A stretch of DNA of 64,000 nt from Myxococcota bacterium (lineage in GTDB: Bacteria; Myxococcota_A; Bradymonadia; UBA7976; UBA1532), in NCBI GenBank assembly GCA_036337435.1, contig JAYZEG010000011.1:32001-96000 (forward strand), given 5' to 3'. Shown here piece by piece: positions 40,896-51,376 of the stretch (its first letter is position 1; every line of letters starts with the position of its first letter). Under the pieces are notes generated by a model, which saw nothing but the letters and a program-made list of their open reading frames with translations, made no database searches and was not told the DNA's origin. The position numbers and the translations under genes are program-made.

Positions 40896-42235
40896 TACTT
40901 TATTTCCTCCTCTCGCGCACCCTCGCTCGCCGACTCGTCAAAGACGGCCAGCAGAATGCCTTTGTCTCGTCCATCTCGAGGCATCTTTAGCTCGCGACCA
41001 TTATGGCTCAAGACGATCGTATCACCGTCCGCTGCGCTGATGGCACGATCGACGGCTGCTAAAAACGGGAACATGGAAAATAGCGGAGAAATGGCCCCAT
41101 CTTCCCCGTCATCATTCACATCGAAGACAAACAGGGCGATCGTTGTGTTGTCTGCTGAGGCCGTGTCTTCGTTCAGCAGTTCTTCGCCGTTGAGCGTGAG
41201 TGAGTCACGTCCAAATTGAAATGAGCTACTCGCGTTATAGATAACGATAATCGATTTGTTCGGTGAACGATGAAATTGGCTCAACAAGACCCCGGCCAAG
41301 GACGCTGGATCGGGCATTGTTCTTAAATAAAAGTGGGACTCGGTGGTTTTCGGTGCTGGGCGGAAATGCCGAACCGGTGGAATTTCTGGGTCCGGATGGT
41401 GGGCAACCAGTTCGATATTTTGTCCTGATGCTAGGGAAACTGGACCCCAACCCCCTTGAGGGCCGACTTCGATATCCCGTCCATCGGACAGCCGGCGTCC
41501 ATTTGTTTCATCGACTTCATACAGGGTGATTCGACTGTCAGCGACAACCCGATTTTCGGCGAATGTGAGATACTTCCCGCTCAAGTAAATATCAGACTCT
41601 GGTTCGGCTTCGAGGTGTGCTGGCTGTGTACCCTCTAAAAATGTAAATATGGTCTCGAAGGAGGTTGTGTTGGTCGCGAGTCGATAGTGGTCTACCTCTG
41701 GAATTTCGAGATTCATGGCCCCATCGATGTCTGCGCTTTCGACAATTTTATCGGCTGGCGACCAGATGTTGAGTGTGGGTATGGACGAGTTGGGCGGACC
41801 CGCGGGGCCATCGCTTGGAAAGGAACCGATATGGACATAGCGTCGGACGAGCGTCGCACCCGTGTCTGACGACAAGAGCTCATAGCCTAAGCCACCGCCA
41901 GCCGAGTGACCGATCAGGTCCACTTGGGCACTTTCATCTGTTTCCAAAACGCCCTCGATAAACGCTGCTAGGTCGCCTGTATGATCGATGTCACGGTCCA
42001 GAGTGTTCCAGTCAAATGTCCAATATCGGCGACGGCATTTGCCATTGGCGACAAATCGAGCCGTTTGTTGATTCCAGGTATCTCCAGACGCGAGGAAGCC
42101 GTGAACGTACACCACGGGTGGCGAGGTGTCATCACAGCGATTCAATTCGCCGGCTTGGGATCCACGTCCATCGCAGCTCCAGACTCCGCACAGAAGGCAA
42201 AGGTATAAGCCGGTTGCAAGTGCTCGGGAGTCCAT
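40895..42235 (-). CDS. Lipoprotein lipase/esterase (Archaeoglobus AFL-like, with C-terminal beta domain)
   Basis: VHGFLASG, GHSAGG nucleophile, D..V and VDH triad partners; start uncertain. Confidence 0.82.
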   Translation of the reverse strand: MDSRALATGLYLCLLCGVWSCDGRGSQAGELNRCDDTSPPVVYVHGFLASGDTWNQQTARFVANGKCRRRYWTFDWNTLDRDIDHTGDLAAFIEGVLETDESAQVDLIGHSAGGGLGYELLSSDTGATLVRRYVHIGSFPSDGPAGPPNSSIPTLNIWSPADKIVESADIDGAMNLEIPEVDHYRLATNTTSFETIFTFLEGTQPAHLEAEPESDIYLSGKYLTFAENRVVADSRITLYEVDETNGRRLSDGRDIEVGPQGGWGPVSLASGQNIELVAHHPDPEIPPVRHFRPAPKTTESHFYLRTMPDPASLAGVLLSQFHRSPNKSIIVIYNASSSFQFGRDSLTLNGEELLNEDTASADNTTIALFVFDVNDDGEDGAISPLFSMFPFLAAVDRAISAADGDTIVLSHNGRELKMPRDGRDKGILLAVFDESASEGAREEEIK

Positions 42236-42464
42236 AATGGGGAACAAATCAAAATTATTGTGCGAAAGCATGTATCTATCCCGGTTGTGTGACATCCTCT
42301 AGTGTCGGGTCTTAGAGGGGGACGTCGTTATGAATGCGCCGATAGAGACGCACTGTCGTGCGGTCGTGTTACACGTTTGCGCATACTATTGGACGTTTCG
42401 CCTCGGCCGGTCAAGCTGTCTACCAGCTCGTTGTGCGATGCTGATGGACTCCCGGCCAGCGTAA

Positions 42465-44519
42465 ATGAGTGATTTAGCGCCCCGGTCTCTGGTTTCTTTT
42501 ATTGCGTTTGTCGCACTGCTCGGCTGTTCCGGCGAGGGGGTGGACAAGGTCCAGTCGTCAGCCGGGCCAGTTCCTGTGGATCTGGACCGAGGTCATGTTC
42601 GACTCGTCGATGCGGGGGCAGCTGACCAAGCATTCCCATTCGACGTGGACTGGTCGGACTCAGGTGGGATGACCAGAGATGCCGGTTCTCGTGCGGTCAG
42701 AGACGCAGCTACCATCGCCGATGTATCGGACCATGTTTTTACGGACAGTGGCGCGATTTTGGATATGCAGCCGGTGGACGCTCTGGCCATTGAGCGTGGT
42801 TTTGACGCCTTGATGGGACCAGAGCCAATTGGAATCTGCGGTGACGGAGTTTTGCTTGGTGCTGAGCAATGTGATGATGGGAATGTCATCAGTGGTGATG
42901 GGTGCGACTCCCTGTGCACCGTGGAGAATTGGTCTGTCGATACTGGGCGATTTACCCAACGAGTTACCATCGCGCCCGATGCGTCTGAAATCTATGCTTT
43001 CACCGTCGATGGTGCGGGTACCCTAGACTTTACCATTGGCCTCGAGGGTCAATGTATTTGGCCAAACTGGTTGGAGGCCCACATCATTAGATTGGCGGAT
43101 GAGCATGTCGTCGCCCACTGGCCTGCACATGCCGGCGACCATTCGTGTACACACTCTTTACAGCCGCTGGAGCCCGGTCTACACGAACTCCGATTCAGTC
43201 CTGATGGACCGGAAGATTTAATCACTTTTCAACTGGAGATGTCTGTCTATCAATTCATCGGGGCTGCGGGGCTTTACCCCATCCGGATTGCAGACGGAGG
43301 AGACGAGCGTTTCGAATTTCTGATCGATGATGAACAGCGTTGGGAGTTCGTCACCACAGGCGTTTTCAGAGACTGCGAAGTTGACTCGTGGATGGACCTT
43401 TATCGGTTGGAAGACGATCGCGAGCGACGACTTGATTTCGATAACGATGGTGGACAAGGCACCTGTTCTCGGCTCACCGCTCGCTTCCTCCCCGGTCGCT
43501 ACGCAATCCAAGTGCGAGAAAGATTTAATCGGGCCATAGATGAACTCCATTTGCGGGCTCGGACGGAAGGCGTGTGCGGCGATGGAATTATCAATGTTGA
43601 AGAAGAATGTGATGAGGCTGAGTTAAACGGACGCAGCACGTGTTCGCAGGACTGCCGACGGGTTGCGGTCTGTGGAAATGGTGAGGTTGAGCTCGGGGAA
43701 ACATGTGACGACCAGAACCAGATTCCAGGCGATGGCTGTGATGAAAACTGTCAGCAAGAAATCCTGTGCGGGAACGCCGTTATCGATCCGGGCGAAGACT
43801 GTGACGATGGCAATTTTGAAAACGGAGATGGGTGCGATTTTTTCTGTACCTTTGAATTCACAGAACTGGTTCGAGGAAAAACATTGCGTCGAGGGCATTT
43901 TCCAAGGAACGGAGCCGACTGGTACGAATTCACCGCAGACGGACCAGGACGGTTAGAGACGTATACGTTTGTGCCGGTCGATGACAACTGGAATTGTCGA
44001 CCCAGTGCAGATACGTTGCTCTCAGTTTTCATCCGGACGCCCGATGGGGATGACCTCTTACTGCATGAAAACGACAATGATCCAAACAATGCGCCGTGCT
44101 CGTATCTCGACGTCGAAGTGGGGACTGGCCAACATTTTATTCGTGTGGCTGCAATTGATAATTTTGCAGCCATTAATGATTACTCTCTATCCTTTCGATT
44201 TTCGCGTGACATCACTGGTCTGCGCCAAGCTCAAGGCGGATTCGTTGCCAATGGCAGTGACCTTTACACGTTCCGAATGTTTGGAGGAGGGCGTGTGGAG
44301 GTAAGAATGATTCCATTTGGTGGGCCGTGCGAAGATGACGTAGAACTCACATTTTTCCGGCAGCGTTCCAGCTTAGTCATTCCAGCAGAATTGAATAGAA
44401 TAAATGGCTGTATGCGTGCTGCGGCCGAACTCGAACCGGGCCTGTACGACGTGTCGATCTCACGGAATGGTGGGGGCGCATTAGAGGCCTATACGTTGGA
44501 GATAACGTGGCCTGAGTAG
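42465..44519 (+). CDS. Lipoprotein with myxobacterial disulfide repeats (DUF4215-like) and PPC-like domains
   Basis: CG(D/N)G....E.CDD.N...GDGC...C repeats; D.Y.F...DT.L...NDD...CS PPC-type segments. Confidence 0.85.
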   Translation: MSDLAPRSLVSFIAFVALLGCSGEGVDKVQSSAGPVPVDLDRGHVRLVDAGAADQAFPFDVDWSDSGGMTRDAGSRAVRDAATIADVSDHVFTDSGAILDMQPVDALAIERGFDALMGPEPIGICGDGVLLGAEQCDDGNVISGDGCDSLCTVENWSVDTGRFTQRVTIAPDASEIYAFTVDGAGTLDFTIGLEGQCIWPNWLEAHIIRLADEHVVAHWPAHAGDHSCTHSLQPLEPGLHELRFSPDGPEDLITFQLEMSVYQFIGAAGLYPIRIADGGDERFEFLIDDEQRWEFVTTGVFRDCEVDSWMDLYRLEDDRERRLDFDNDGGQGTCSRLTARFLPGRYAIQVRERFNRAIDELHLRARTEGVCGDGIINVEEECDEAELNGRSTCSQDCRRVAVCGNGEVELGETCDDQNQIPGDGCDENCQQEILCGNAVIDPGEDCDDGNFENGDGCDFFCTFEFTELVRGKTLRRGHFPRNGADWYEFTADGPGRLETYTFVPVDDNWNCRPSADTLLSVFIRTPDGDDLLLHENDNDPNNAPCSYLDVEVGTGQHFIRVAAIDNFAAINDYSLSFRFSRDITGLRQAQGGFVANGSDLYTFRMFGGGRVEVRMIPFGGPCEDDVELTFFRQRSSLVIPAELNRINGCMRAAAELEPGLYDVSISRNGGGALEAYTLEITWPE

Positions 44520-44536
44520 TTTGTCTTTGACGATGA

Positions 44537-46036
44537 TTAGCCAAGCCCAGGTAAATTGTCTTGTTGAGGATGCTTGTTGTATTTAGCGAGATACTCTTTG
44601 ACCCGGAGTTTCCTGGCCGTGTTCGCACTGCTCATGAAACGAATTTTGCCGAAGATGGGCCGCTCAGGACCCCACGGTCGGTCAAATCGGCCGAAAGTCC
44701 AACAAATGCCTGACCAGGAATTTGGATTTCGGCCATCTAAGGCGTACCGATTATTCAGTTCGACAATATAGTTAAAGGCGTCTTGTGGACTGGCACTCCA
44801 CTCTATAATTTTTTTGCCCCAGAGCATTCTTAAATAGTTGTGTATATACCCTTCAGAGAGCAACTGGTGCTGCGCTGCATTCCACAGTGGGTCGTGTGTT
44901 GTTCCCTGATCAAATGTGTCAAAATCATAGACGAACTCTCGTTTGTCTGATGCATGCACCGAGAGCGTTTCGATGGCCCATGGGGGTAAGGATTCGTATT
45001 GAAAGTAGTCGGAGGGATGTCTATGGCAGTAGACGTAGCCGAGTTCCCGCCACGTGATGATCTGGTCCAGGTAGCCTTCTACGCCCGGACTCAGGTTCCA
45101 CCAGCCTGCGCGACTCCCTTTATTAACCCCTGAGGCGTCATCGATGGTCCAGTTTTCTCGGGTGAGAAGGTCTCTTACGATCCTGTGACTCGAAATATGC
45201 CCGAAATGCAGACGGGCTGACATGCGACTTGTACCGTTCTTCGATGGATGGTTCCGATCGGTATCGTACTGGTCTGCTCGGTTATCGAGAAAACGGGCCC
45301 AACTGGCCAAAGCGGCAGTTTCCCCACCGGGCTCGTCGACACATCCAATTTTGTATCTTAACCCGCCGGGGATCAGCCCATCGTTGCACGTATCAGTACT
45401 GGACAAGGGTGCGGCTGGCCATTTCGTCTGAATGGGCTCTGGAACAGTTGCCCGTTGTGCAAAGCGACAATTTTGAAGGGGGTCTTCAATTGGAAAATTG
45501 TCTAAGAATTCTCTCATATTTTGCTGTAAAAAACGCCTAAACGAATAAGCCGTTTGGAATGTTCGCGGTGCATAGGCCAGGGGACAGAGCCCATTGCCAT
45601 CGACCAACTCAAAGCGGGCATGCACTTGTGGCGCGCTGGCTTCGACCATTCTGCTCAAAAAGTAACTTGGAAAGTGGTCTGTCACGACGTGGACGGCCCT
45701 TTCCGAGAGAGATGACAAAAGGCCTTTTCCTGCATTTTTCTCGGGCTCGAGATAAGGGTAATAGGTGATATTGGCGGAGCGAAAACGCTCTGCATTGGAC
45801 CGCATCCCGTCGATCATATAGCTGGTGATACGGTCAGATGCCCAGGGATGGTCAAATCGTAGGGCTTCGAAAACCAAAAGGGGTTTGCTGTATTGGCGGC
45901 ACAAATCGAGCGCGTATTGCAGAGCAAAGTTGTCTCGGGTGCGGCGCGCCGTTGTCATCCAATACAGAACATAATCGCGTTCCAGATAAATCGGAGAGTC
46001 GTTGAGGGTTTTCAGTCGCAAAGACGGAATTGACAT
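44537..46036 (-). CDS. phrB: Class II CPD DNA photolyase
   Basis: YVLYWM..A.R..DN.AL; THDPLWNAAQ; GYIHNYLRMLWGKK; LDGRNPN; DRPW.ERPIFGKIRFM. Confidence 0.95.
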   Translation of the reverse strand: MSIPSLRLKTLNDSPIYLERDYVLYWMTTARRTRDNFALQYALDLCRQYSKPLLVFEALRFDHPWASDRITSYMIDGMRSNAERFRSANITYYPYLEPEKNAGKGLLSSLSERAVHVVTDHFPSYFLSRMVEASAPQVHARFELVDGNGLCPLAYAPRTFQTAYSFRRFLQQNMREFLDNFPIEDPLQNCRFAQRATVPEPIQTKWPAAPLSSTDTCNDGLIPGGLRYKIGCVDEPGGETAALASWARFLDNRADQYDTDRNHPSKNGTSRMSARLHFGHISSHRIVRDLLTRENWTIDDASGVNKGSRAGWWNLSPGVEGYLDQIITWRELGYVYCHRHPSDYFQYESLPPWAIETLSVHASDKREFVYDFDTFDQGTTHDPLWNAAQHQLLSEGYIHNYLRMLWGKKIIEWSASPQDAFNYIVELNNRYALDGRNPNSWSGICWTFGRFDRPWGPERPIFGKIRFMSSANTARKLRVKEYLAKYNKHPQQDNLPGLG

Positions 46037-46084
46037 GGGTACACATTGTCCTTGTTGTCTGCTTGTGGGCTGGAGTCGAGGCCG

Positions 46085-47020
46085 TCAGCTCGCGGTGGTT
46101 CTCATGGCCACGACGTCTCTAATGCGATTGGCCATTTCTTCAAGACCCAAGACCTCGCAGCCCGCGATGTCATTTCGCGCATCAGCACCACCAAGCCAAA
46201 TTTGGATTTGGTCCGGTAAGATCGTTCGTAGGCGTCTGACGTAGGCGCGCTGGGTGCCCAACGGCACGTTGACCATCGACAAAGCAAGTGCGAATGGATG
46301 CTGTTTTAAAACGGCTTGGGCTACGATGTCGGCGGGTAACTGAGGCCCCAGGTTGATGACTTCTGCGCCGGCATCCGCCGCCACTCCAGCGGCGATCAAG
46401 AGACCAAGTTCGTGCTGTTCATCGTCAGGCGTTGTGAAGACAACCTTGGGCGCATTTGCGGGCGTCGAAGATGAATCGAATGTCCGCAATAACAGGCTCT
46501 TTAACGCTGCCGAGAGCAGATGTTCGGTCGCCATTGATATCTCGCCCTGCTCCCACAATGTGCCGACGCGTGTGAGCAAGACCCGGCAAAAGTGTGTTCT
46601 GAACGTTGAGGGTCCAAGTAAGCGGTATTGTATGCCCAAGCAGCGCTCAACATTTGTCGCGTCTAATTCCTTAGCATACCCGATCGCCTCCGTCACACTT
46701 CGGGGATCGAGAGTGACGTATTCGCCCTTTCGGGAGCTGCTTGGTCGTTCAACCGCTTTCGTCCGGACCGTCCCAGCGAGCTGTGCCAAAATCGCTTGGT
46801 CAAGCTCAACCAAGTCACTGATACGATGTCCGGCATCGACGGCAGCACCGAGAAGCTGAAACCGCTTTAGATGCGACTCAGTGTATCGCCGTGTGCCTCC
46901 CTCGGATCGAAGGGGCGTCACAACGTTGTACCGTCGCTCCCACGCTCGGATCGTGTGCGCGCTCAAGTTTGCAAGTTGTGCGATCTTACCAATCGAGTAT
47001 GTTTTCTGCTGCTCTGCCAA
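46085..47020 (-). CDS. carH: MerR-family adenosylcobalamin-binding photoreceptor/repressor (CarH/LitR)
   Basis: MerR HTH (YSIGKIA...TIRAWERRY...RSEGGTRRY); W-x9-EH (WEQGEISMATEH); ExHxxG (EQHELG); TTG start. Confidence 0.92.
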   Translation of the reverse strand: MAEQQKTYSIGKIAQLANLSAHTIRAWERRYNVVTPLRSEGGTRRYTESHLKRFQLLGAAVDAGHRISDLVELDQAILAQLAGTVRTKAVERPSSSRKGEYVTLDPRSVTEAIGYAKELDATNVERCLGIQYRLLGPSTFRTHFCRVLLTRVGTLWEQGEISMATEHLLSAALKSLLLRTFDSSSTPANAPKVVFTTPDDEQHELGLLIAAGVAADAGAEVINLGPQLPADIVAQAVLKQHPFALALSMVNVPLGTQRAYVRRLRTILPDQIQIWLGGADARNDIAGCEVLGLEEMANRIRDVVAMRTTAS

Positions 47021-47053
47021 CGTCGAACCTGTTTCTGAAAGTGTTACAGTTTT

Positions 47054-47062
47054 AGTATAGCA
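47054..47062 (-). promoter_or_regulatory. Extended -10 promoter element for carH-phrB
   Basis: Minus strand TGcTATACT, 34 nt upstream of the carH start. Confidence 0.6.
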
Positions 47063-47063
47063 T

Positions 47064-47188
47064 ACTTTAGACAGAATGGAATAAGTCTATACAAAAATAT
47101 CGACAAAAGAATTTTTTGTATAGATTTAATGTTGACATGTCTAAGTTTGAACGGTAAAACCTAGACATGGTTAGCGTTTGTCTAAATA
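47064..47188. promoter_or_regulatory. Putative CarH operator field and sigma70 promoter of the ECF sigma gene
   Basis: Eight TnnACA half-sites on both strands; perfect 12-bp inverted repeat TCTATACAAAAA (47086-97) / TTTTTGTATAGA (47113-24); TTGACA(47132)-17-TAAAAC. Confidence 0.72.
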
Positions 47189-47326
47189 AACGACGCAAGC
47201 CAGTTGAGAAAGTCGCAGAACGCATTCGATGCCAACTGTTCCCATAGTGAACTGTAAGGCAGCGGTGTGGGCCACGTCCGGCTCATTTGTCGGGCACAGC
47301 CAGCCAAAAAGAAAGGGCACGTTGCC

Positions 47327-47917
47327 ATGGGACGTCAAGCAAAGCCAGTCGTTGACACAAGCATCGTCGAAGCCGCTCAAGCGGGTGACTCGCGAGCTCT
47401 CGAGAAGTTGATCGGAGCGCACTATCCGGCGATGTGTCGCCTCGCTCTCCGCTATACCAACGACCCAGACCTGGCCAAAGATGCAGTGCAAGACGCGTGC
47501 ATTCAGGTCATGCGGTATTTCCCGCAGCTGCGCGATACAAGCAGCTTCAAGTCTTGGATGAGCCGTATCGTCATTAACTGCGTCCGATTACACCAGCGTC
47601 GGAATAAGAGATTTGTCGCGTTTGGCGATGGTATTGAGCGGACCCAAGAAGTTTGCCAGCAACAACCCGACGAAGTGGTGATGACCCGTGAAGAACTCGT
47701 CATTGTAGACGATTTTCTAAAGAGTGCCCAAAATGACGAACGGGCCATCTTTCTACAGCTTTACGTTGGCGGTGATGCGGTCGCGACTGTAAGCGAAAAA
47801 ACGGGCATCTCCGTCGCAGCACTGAAGACGCGCGTTCATCGAGCTCGGCGTCGACTTAAAAAATATATGCACACCAAGCATGACACGGATCTTGGCTTTG
47901 GCCAAATGGGTCTCTAA
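47327..47917 (+). CDS. ECF RNA polymerase sigma factor (LitS-like context)
   Basis: GD.RAL..L; AKDAVQDA; SFKSWMSRIVIN; G.S.AALKTRVHRARRRL. Confidence 0.92.
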   Translation: MGRQAKPVVDTSIVEAAQAGDSRALEKLIGAHYPAMCRLALRYTNDPDLAKDAVQDACIQVMRYFPQLRDTSSFKSWMSRIVINCVRLHQRRNKRFVAFGDGIERTQEVCQQQPDEVVMTREELVIVDDFLKSAQNDERAIFLQLYVGGDAVATVSEKTGISVAALKTRVHRARRRLKKYMHTKHDTDLGFGQMGL

Positions 47918-47997
47918 GCGGGCGAGCAGTTACTGCTGGAGACGATAGAGCGCAACACGACGTATGCGCTGAGACCATATGTCAACCGGGGGGATTC

Positions 47998-48969
47998 ATG
48001 GCATATTCGACTCAATCGAGCCCGGATTACGATAAACCACTACTCGGAATCAGCCGTTGTCTCCTCGGAGACACTGTCCGCTTTGATGGCGGGCACAAAC
48101 GGTCTCGCTACGCCGAGCAAACCCTCAGCCAGTATTTTCGATGGTACCCAGTCTGTCCCGAGGTTGAGTCTGGCATGTCTTCGCCCCGGCCCTCCATTAG
48201 GCAGGTTCGCGATGGAGGCGAGCTTCGTGTCGTGAGCGCGACGGGGGTGGATGTAACAGACGCGCTCAGGAAAGCGTCCGACAGGCGATTAGAGCAGATG
48301 CGTACAAAGCCGCTGCGCGGCTTTATCGTTGTGAATGATTCGCCGTCGTGCGGCCTGGAGCGCGTTCGAGTGTACGAGGGTTCTCATCCCGTTCGCACCG
48401 GGGTTGGAGTGTTTACAGCAGCACTCAGGAATGCGTATCCCAATATGCCAGTCGAAGAAAGCGGTCGTCTCAACGATGCACGCCTCAGAGAGAACTTCAT
48501 CCTGCGGGTCTATACATACCACCGGTTCAAAGAAATGGTCGACGATGGTCCATCGGTTTCCGATTTAATGCGATTTCACGCAGAGCACAAATACCTGTTG
48601 CTGGCCCACAATCCGTCGATGGCACGTCATCTCGGCGGACTGGTCGCGCAATGTTGCCGAGCAAACCTGGCGGCGGTACTGGCCGAATACGAGTCGGGTA
48701 TGATGGATTCGCTGGCCAAACCTGCGAAAGTAGGAGGTCATGTCGACGCCCTTCAGCACATCGTTGGTTTCATATCCGACCAGTTCACTCCAGAGACAAG
48801 CCAGCACATGCAGGAAACCATCGCGGCCTACGGTTCTGGTGAAATACCGCTGATTACACCGATTACGTTAATCAATCACTATCTTGCGGTTGCCGGTACC
48901 GATTGGGTCCGGCGGCAGTGGTACCTCAAACCGTACCCAGCCGCGTTATCATTGCGAAGTCGGATCTGA
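47998..48969 (+). CDS. DUF523(TudS)-DUF1722 fusion (YbgA / RudS-like 4-thiouridine desulfidase)
   Basis: GISRCLLG..VRFDGGHK, VCPEVE, SPSCG, EESGRL.D..LRENF, FH..HKYLLLAH, YL.PYP. Confidence 0.92.
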   Translation: MAYSTQSSPDYDKPLLGISRCLLGDTVRFDGGHKRSRYAEQTLSQYFRWYPVCPEVESGMSSPRPSIRQVRDGGELRVVSATGVDVTDALRKASDRRLEQMRTKPLRGFIVVNDSPSCGLERVRVYEGSHPVRTGVGVFTAALRNAYPNMPVEESGRLNDARLRENFILRVYTYHRFKEMVDDGPSVSDLMRFHAEHKYLLLAHNPSMARHLGGLVAQCCRANLAAVLAEYESGMMDSLAKPAKVGGHVDALQHIVGFISDQFTPETSQHMQETIAAYGSGEIPLITPITLINHYLAVAGTDWVRRQWYLKPYPAALSLRSRI

Positions 48970-48970
48970 A

Positions 48971-50194
48971 TCAGGGCTGCATTGAGCCGAAGGTGAGCCT
49001 TACAGCACCACGGAGATTAGCCCGGAAACCGTGAACGATAACAAAATAGCGCGTCTGGGCTCGGGCGAAGTACTCCACGCGGCTCTGAAAACCATGGCCG
49101 CCATCATCGTCACAATACAGTTCCGTATCGATATCGCCACAGTTTGTCCGCACGGAGAGAACCGTATCGAACTCCGAGCCGCTGGTGTCGAGGAAAACCA
49201 TTGCGTCATCCCGAGCAACAAAAGAGAACACTTGTTCTGACCCTCTCCCAGATTGTCCGCAGTTCGCATCGAGTTCATCTGCTGAATCCGCATTTGAACC
49301 CCAGTAGACACCGAACGTGTCCATTTCTATCGCGTCGATACAATTGTTAACGGTCTGCATCTGGCCGTCTGCTGGATCTGACCTATGGATACTGCCGCTT
49401 GAATCCATCCGATTGTTTGCAACGCAAATGCGCTGTTGGCAGTCCGGTTGAGTTGTATGGCAGCCACACCTTTGAGTCGCTGGACAATCGGCGTCGAGAC
49501 TACATTGTGCTTGGCAGGCTGCGTTCAAACAGATTGAACCAACGGGACAATCGGTCACCGCCGAACAGGCTTGATTAAGGGAAGTCCGCGATACGCAGAG
49601 TCCATCTCGGCAATGCTCTGTAGGTCCGCAGTGTTCGTTAAGTGAACAGCAGAGTTCGTTGTCGAAGCCTTCGTCGCTTATGCCATCGCAATCGTTGTCG
49701 ATGCCGTCGCAAACTTCCACTGATGCTGTGGCTGTGCCTGTTTGGCATACCGCCCCTACTTGGTTTGTTGAACACACAAGTTCGCCCAATGCGGTGCACC
49801 TATTTGCAAGCTGTGCCGAGCAAAGGGAACCAAGATAAAAAGCCTCATCAGTCTGGCCATCACAATCATCATCGTGGTCGTTACAAAACTCAATTCCTTG
49901 CCCGCAGGCACTCCAAATACCATTTACACATTGTCTCACACCACACCTGTCCAAGCAGGGTATGCGGTCACCTGTCGCGCAGGTGGAATCCGAGGTGGCG
50001 CGGCCGCTGGGTGTGCTTCTTTCTGTTGGCGAATCAATGAAGGTCAAGCCAGTGCTCTCGAGACTCGCATCGCGTTCATTTTGAAGGGACGGGGCTCCTT
50101 GCCTCAACGAATTTTCATCGAGTCCTGAAAACTCAGCGCAACCGATTGATGCCAAAACGACTAGGGGTGACAATAACCGGCGCATCATTTCCAT
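48971..50194 (-). CDS. Cys-rich lipoprotein with MopE-like repeats and a PPC-like domain
   Basis: CNDHDDDCDG, CDGIDNDCDG; DTSGSEFDTVLSVR...CDDD...YFVIVHG. Confidence 0.82.
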   Translation of the reverse strand: MEMMRRLLSPLVVLASIGCAEFSGLDENSLRQGAPSLQNERDASLESTGLTFIDSPTERSTPSGRATSDSTCATGDRIPCLDRCGVRQCVNGIWSACGQGIEFCNDHDDDCDGQTDEAFYLGSLCSAQLANRCTALGELVCSTNQVGAVCQTGTATASVEVCDGIDNDCDGISDEGFDNELCCSLNEHCGPTEHCRDGLCVSRTSLNQACSAVTDCPVGSICLNAACQAQCSLDADCPATQRCGCHTTQPDCQQRICVANNRMDSSGSIHRSDPADGQMQTVNNCIDAIEMDTFGVYWGSNADSADELDANCGQSGRGSEQVFSFVARDDAMVFLDTSGSEFDTVLSVRTNCGDIDTELYCDDDGGHGFQSRVEYFARAQTRYFVIVHGFRANLRGAVRLTFGSMQP

Positions 50195-50486
50195 CCTCCA
50201 TGGGGGTCACTTCTTGTAGGTAAAGAGAGAAACCCAGTATCTCCCACTGGATGGCAATATTCTTACGATCGGTAGATTTGTCAAGCTGTAAACAGAGGTT
50301 TTCTATTTTGAAGGGGATTGCCCGCTGGAGTCTCCGATTGGGTTTTCCGCTTGCTTACGTTCAGTCATGGGTGTCGCATGAGCGATAATGGACATGTAAA
50401 GACCCTGCTACGGGAGTCTGGCTGCTCAAAAGCATATGATCATGGCAGAGGGTGCTGGGACACTTGTCATTAGAAATGGTCCGCCC

Positions 50487-51308
50487 TCACTGGAAGTGAC
50501 CGCGTGTTGGCTCGGGAAGCGAGTTCACATCGATTTCGATGAGAAGGCCTTGAATGCCGTCGAGAATAACCAACGAATTCGTCTGCCTATCAAACGTCAA
50601 ACCGGCAATGTCTTGGACGTTGAATGATGCCAGAGAGCTCAATGGGGTTAATGTGCCCTCATGAACTTTAAAAAGCGTGAGGCTATGACCGCTACCCATC
50701 AGTAAGTTACCCGTCGACAGGAGCAGCATGCCCCCCGCTTGAAAAGTCGGATTTGGAAGTGGTCTCCACTCGATATCCTCGCCACTTACGAGCGAATAGG
50801 TGGCAATTTCTGACCTCACGGGTTCATTGCCCTGAGTCACGTTCACTGTCTGCGGCTGTCCATAAATCATTCGCTTGGTCAGATCACATGCGACGGCGCG
50901 GTTTTGATGTCGCAGGGCATCATCAAAGTCGGGATCCCATCCAGGTTCTAAGCAGAAATGCTGTTTCGCACTCCCAAGTGCTAGATCGATGATGTACCCA
51001 TCGCCGTCCGCAGCCAAGACAAACCGACCACCACCGATGACACAGATATCTGTGAATCGCGGCAATTCGTTTGAGCGCACCCACAGTTGTTTCGCCGTGC
51101 CATCGGCTTGTAACTTAAAAATACCTGACTCGGCATCTAGAATGTATGTTGTGCCAGACGCCTCATCTATGGCGACGCCACTCGCATGGGCGAGTTGAAA
51201 TTGATCAAGTGTTCGATAGATGGTTTCCGTCGAGGTCTGTTCCAGGGAACAGCCAAGCTGAGCCCCACAGGCGGAAATCAAGCCGAAGTAGATGAAGATA
51301 AAGCGCAC
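50487..51308 (-). CDS. Hypothetical secreted beta-propeller-like protein
   Basis: Signal with Cys; repeats ASGVAID...YILD and IAGLTFD...LVILD. Confidence 0.65.
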   Translation of the reverse strand: MRFIFIYFGLISACGAQLGCSLEQTSTETIYRTLDQFQLAHASGVAIDEASGTTYILDAESGIFKLQADGTAKQLWVRSNELPRFTDICVIGGGRFVLAADGDGYIIDLALGSAKQHFCLEPGWDPDFDDALRHQNRAVACDLTKRMIYGQPQTVNVTQGNEPVRSEIATYSLVSGEDIEWRPLPNPTFQAGGMLLLSTGNLLMGSGHSLTLFKVHEGTLTPLSSLASFNVQDIAGLTFDRQTNSLVILDGIQGLLIEIDVNSLPEPTRGHFQ

Positions 51309-51376
51309 GTGGAGTCCCTCAGTATTCGTTACTACTGATAAACTCTACGTTTGGGTCGACGTTCCTTACCGCGTTT

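Noticed and set aside
50256..50295. TTGACA and GGTAGATT near 50271-50284 as another CarH-type promoter
   Set aside because: The two words are on opposite strands and the TnnACA sites are 8 bp apart, which does not fit the pattern
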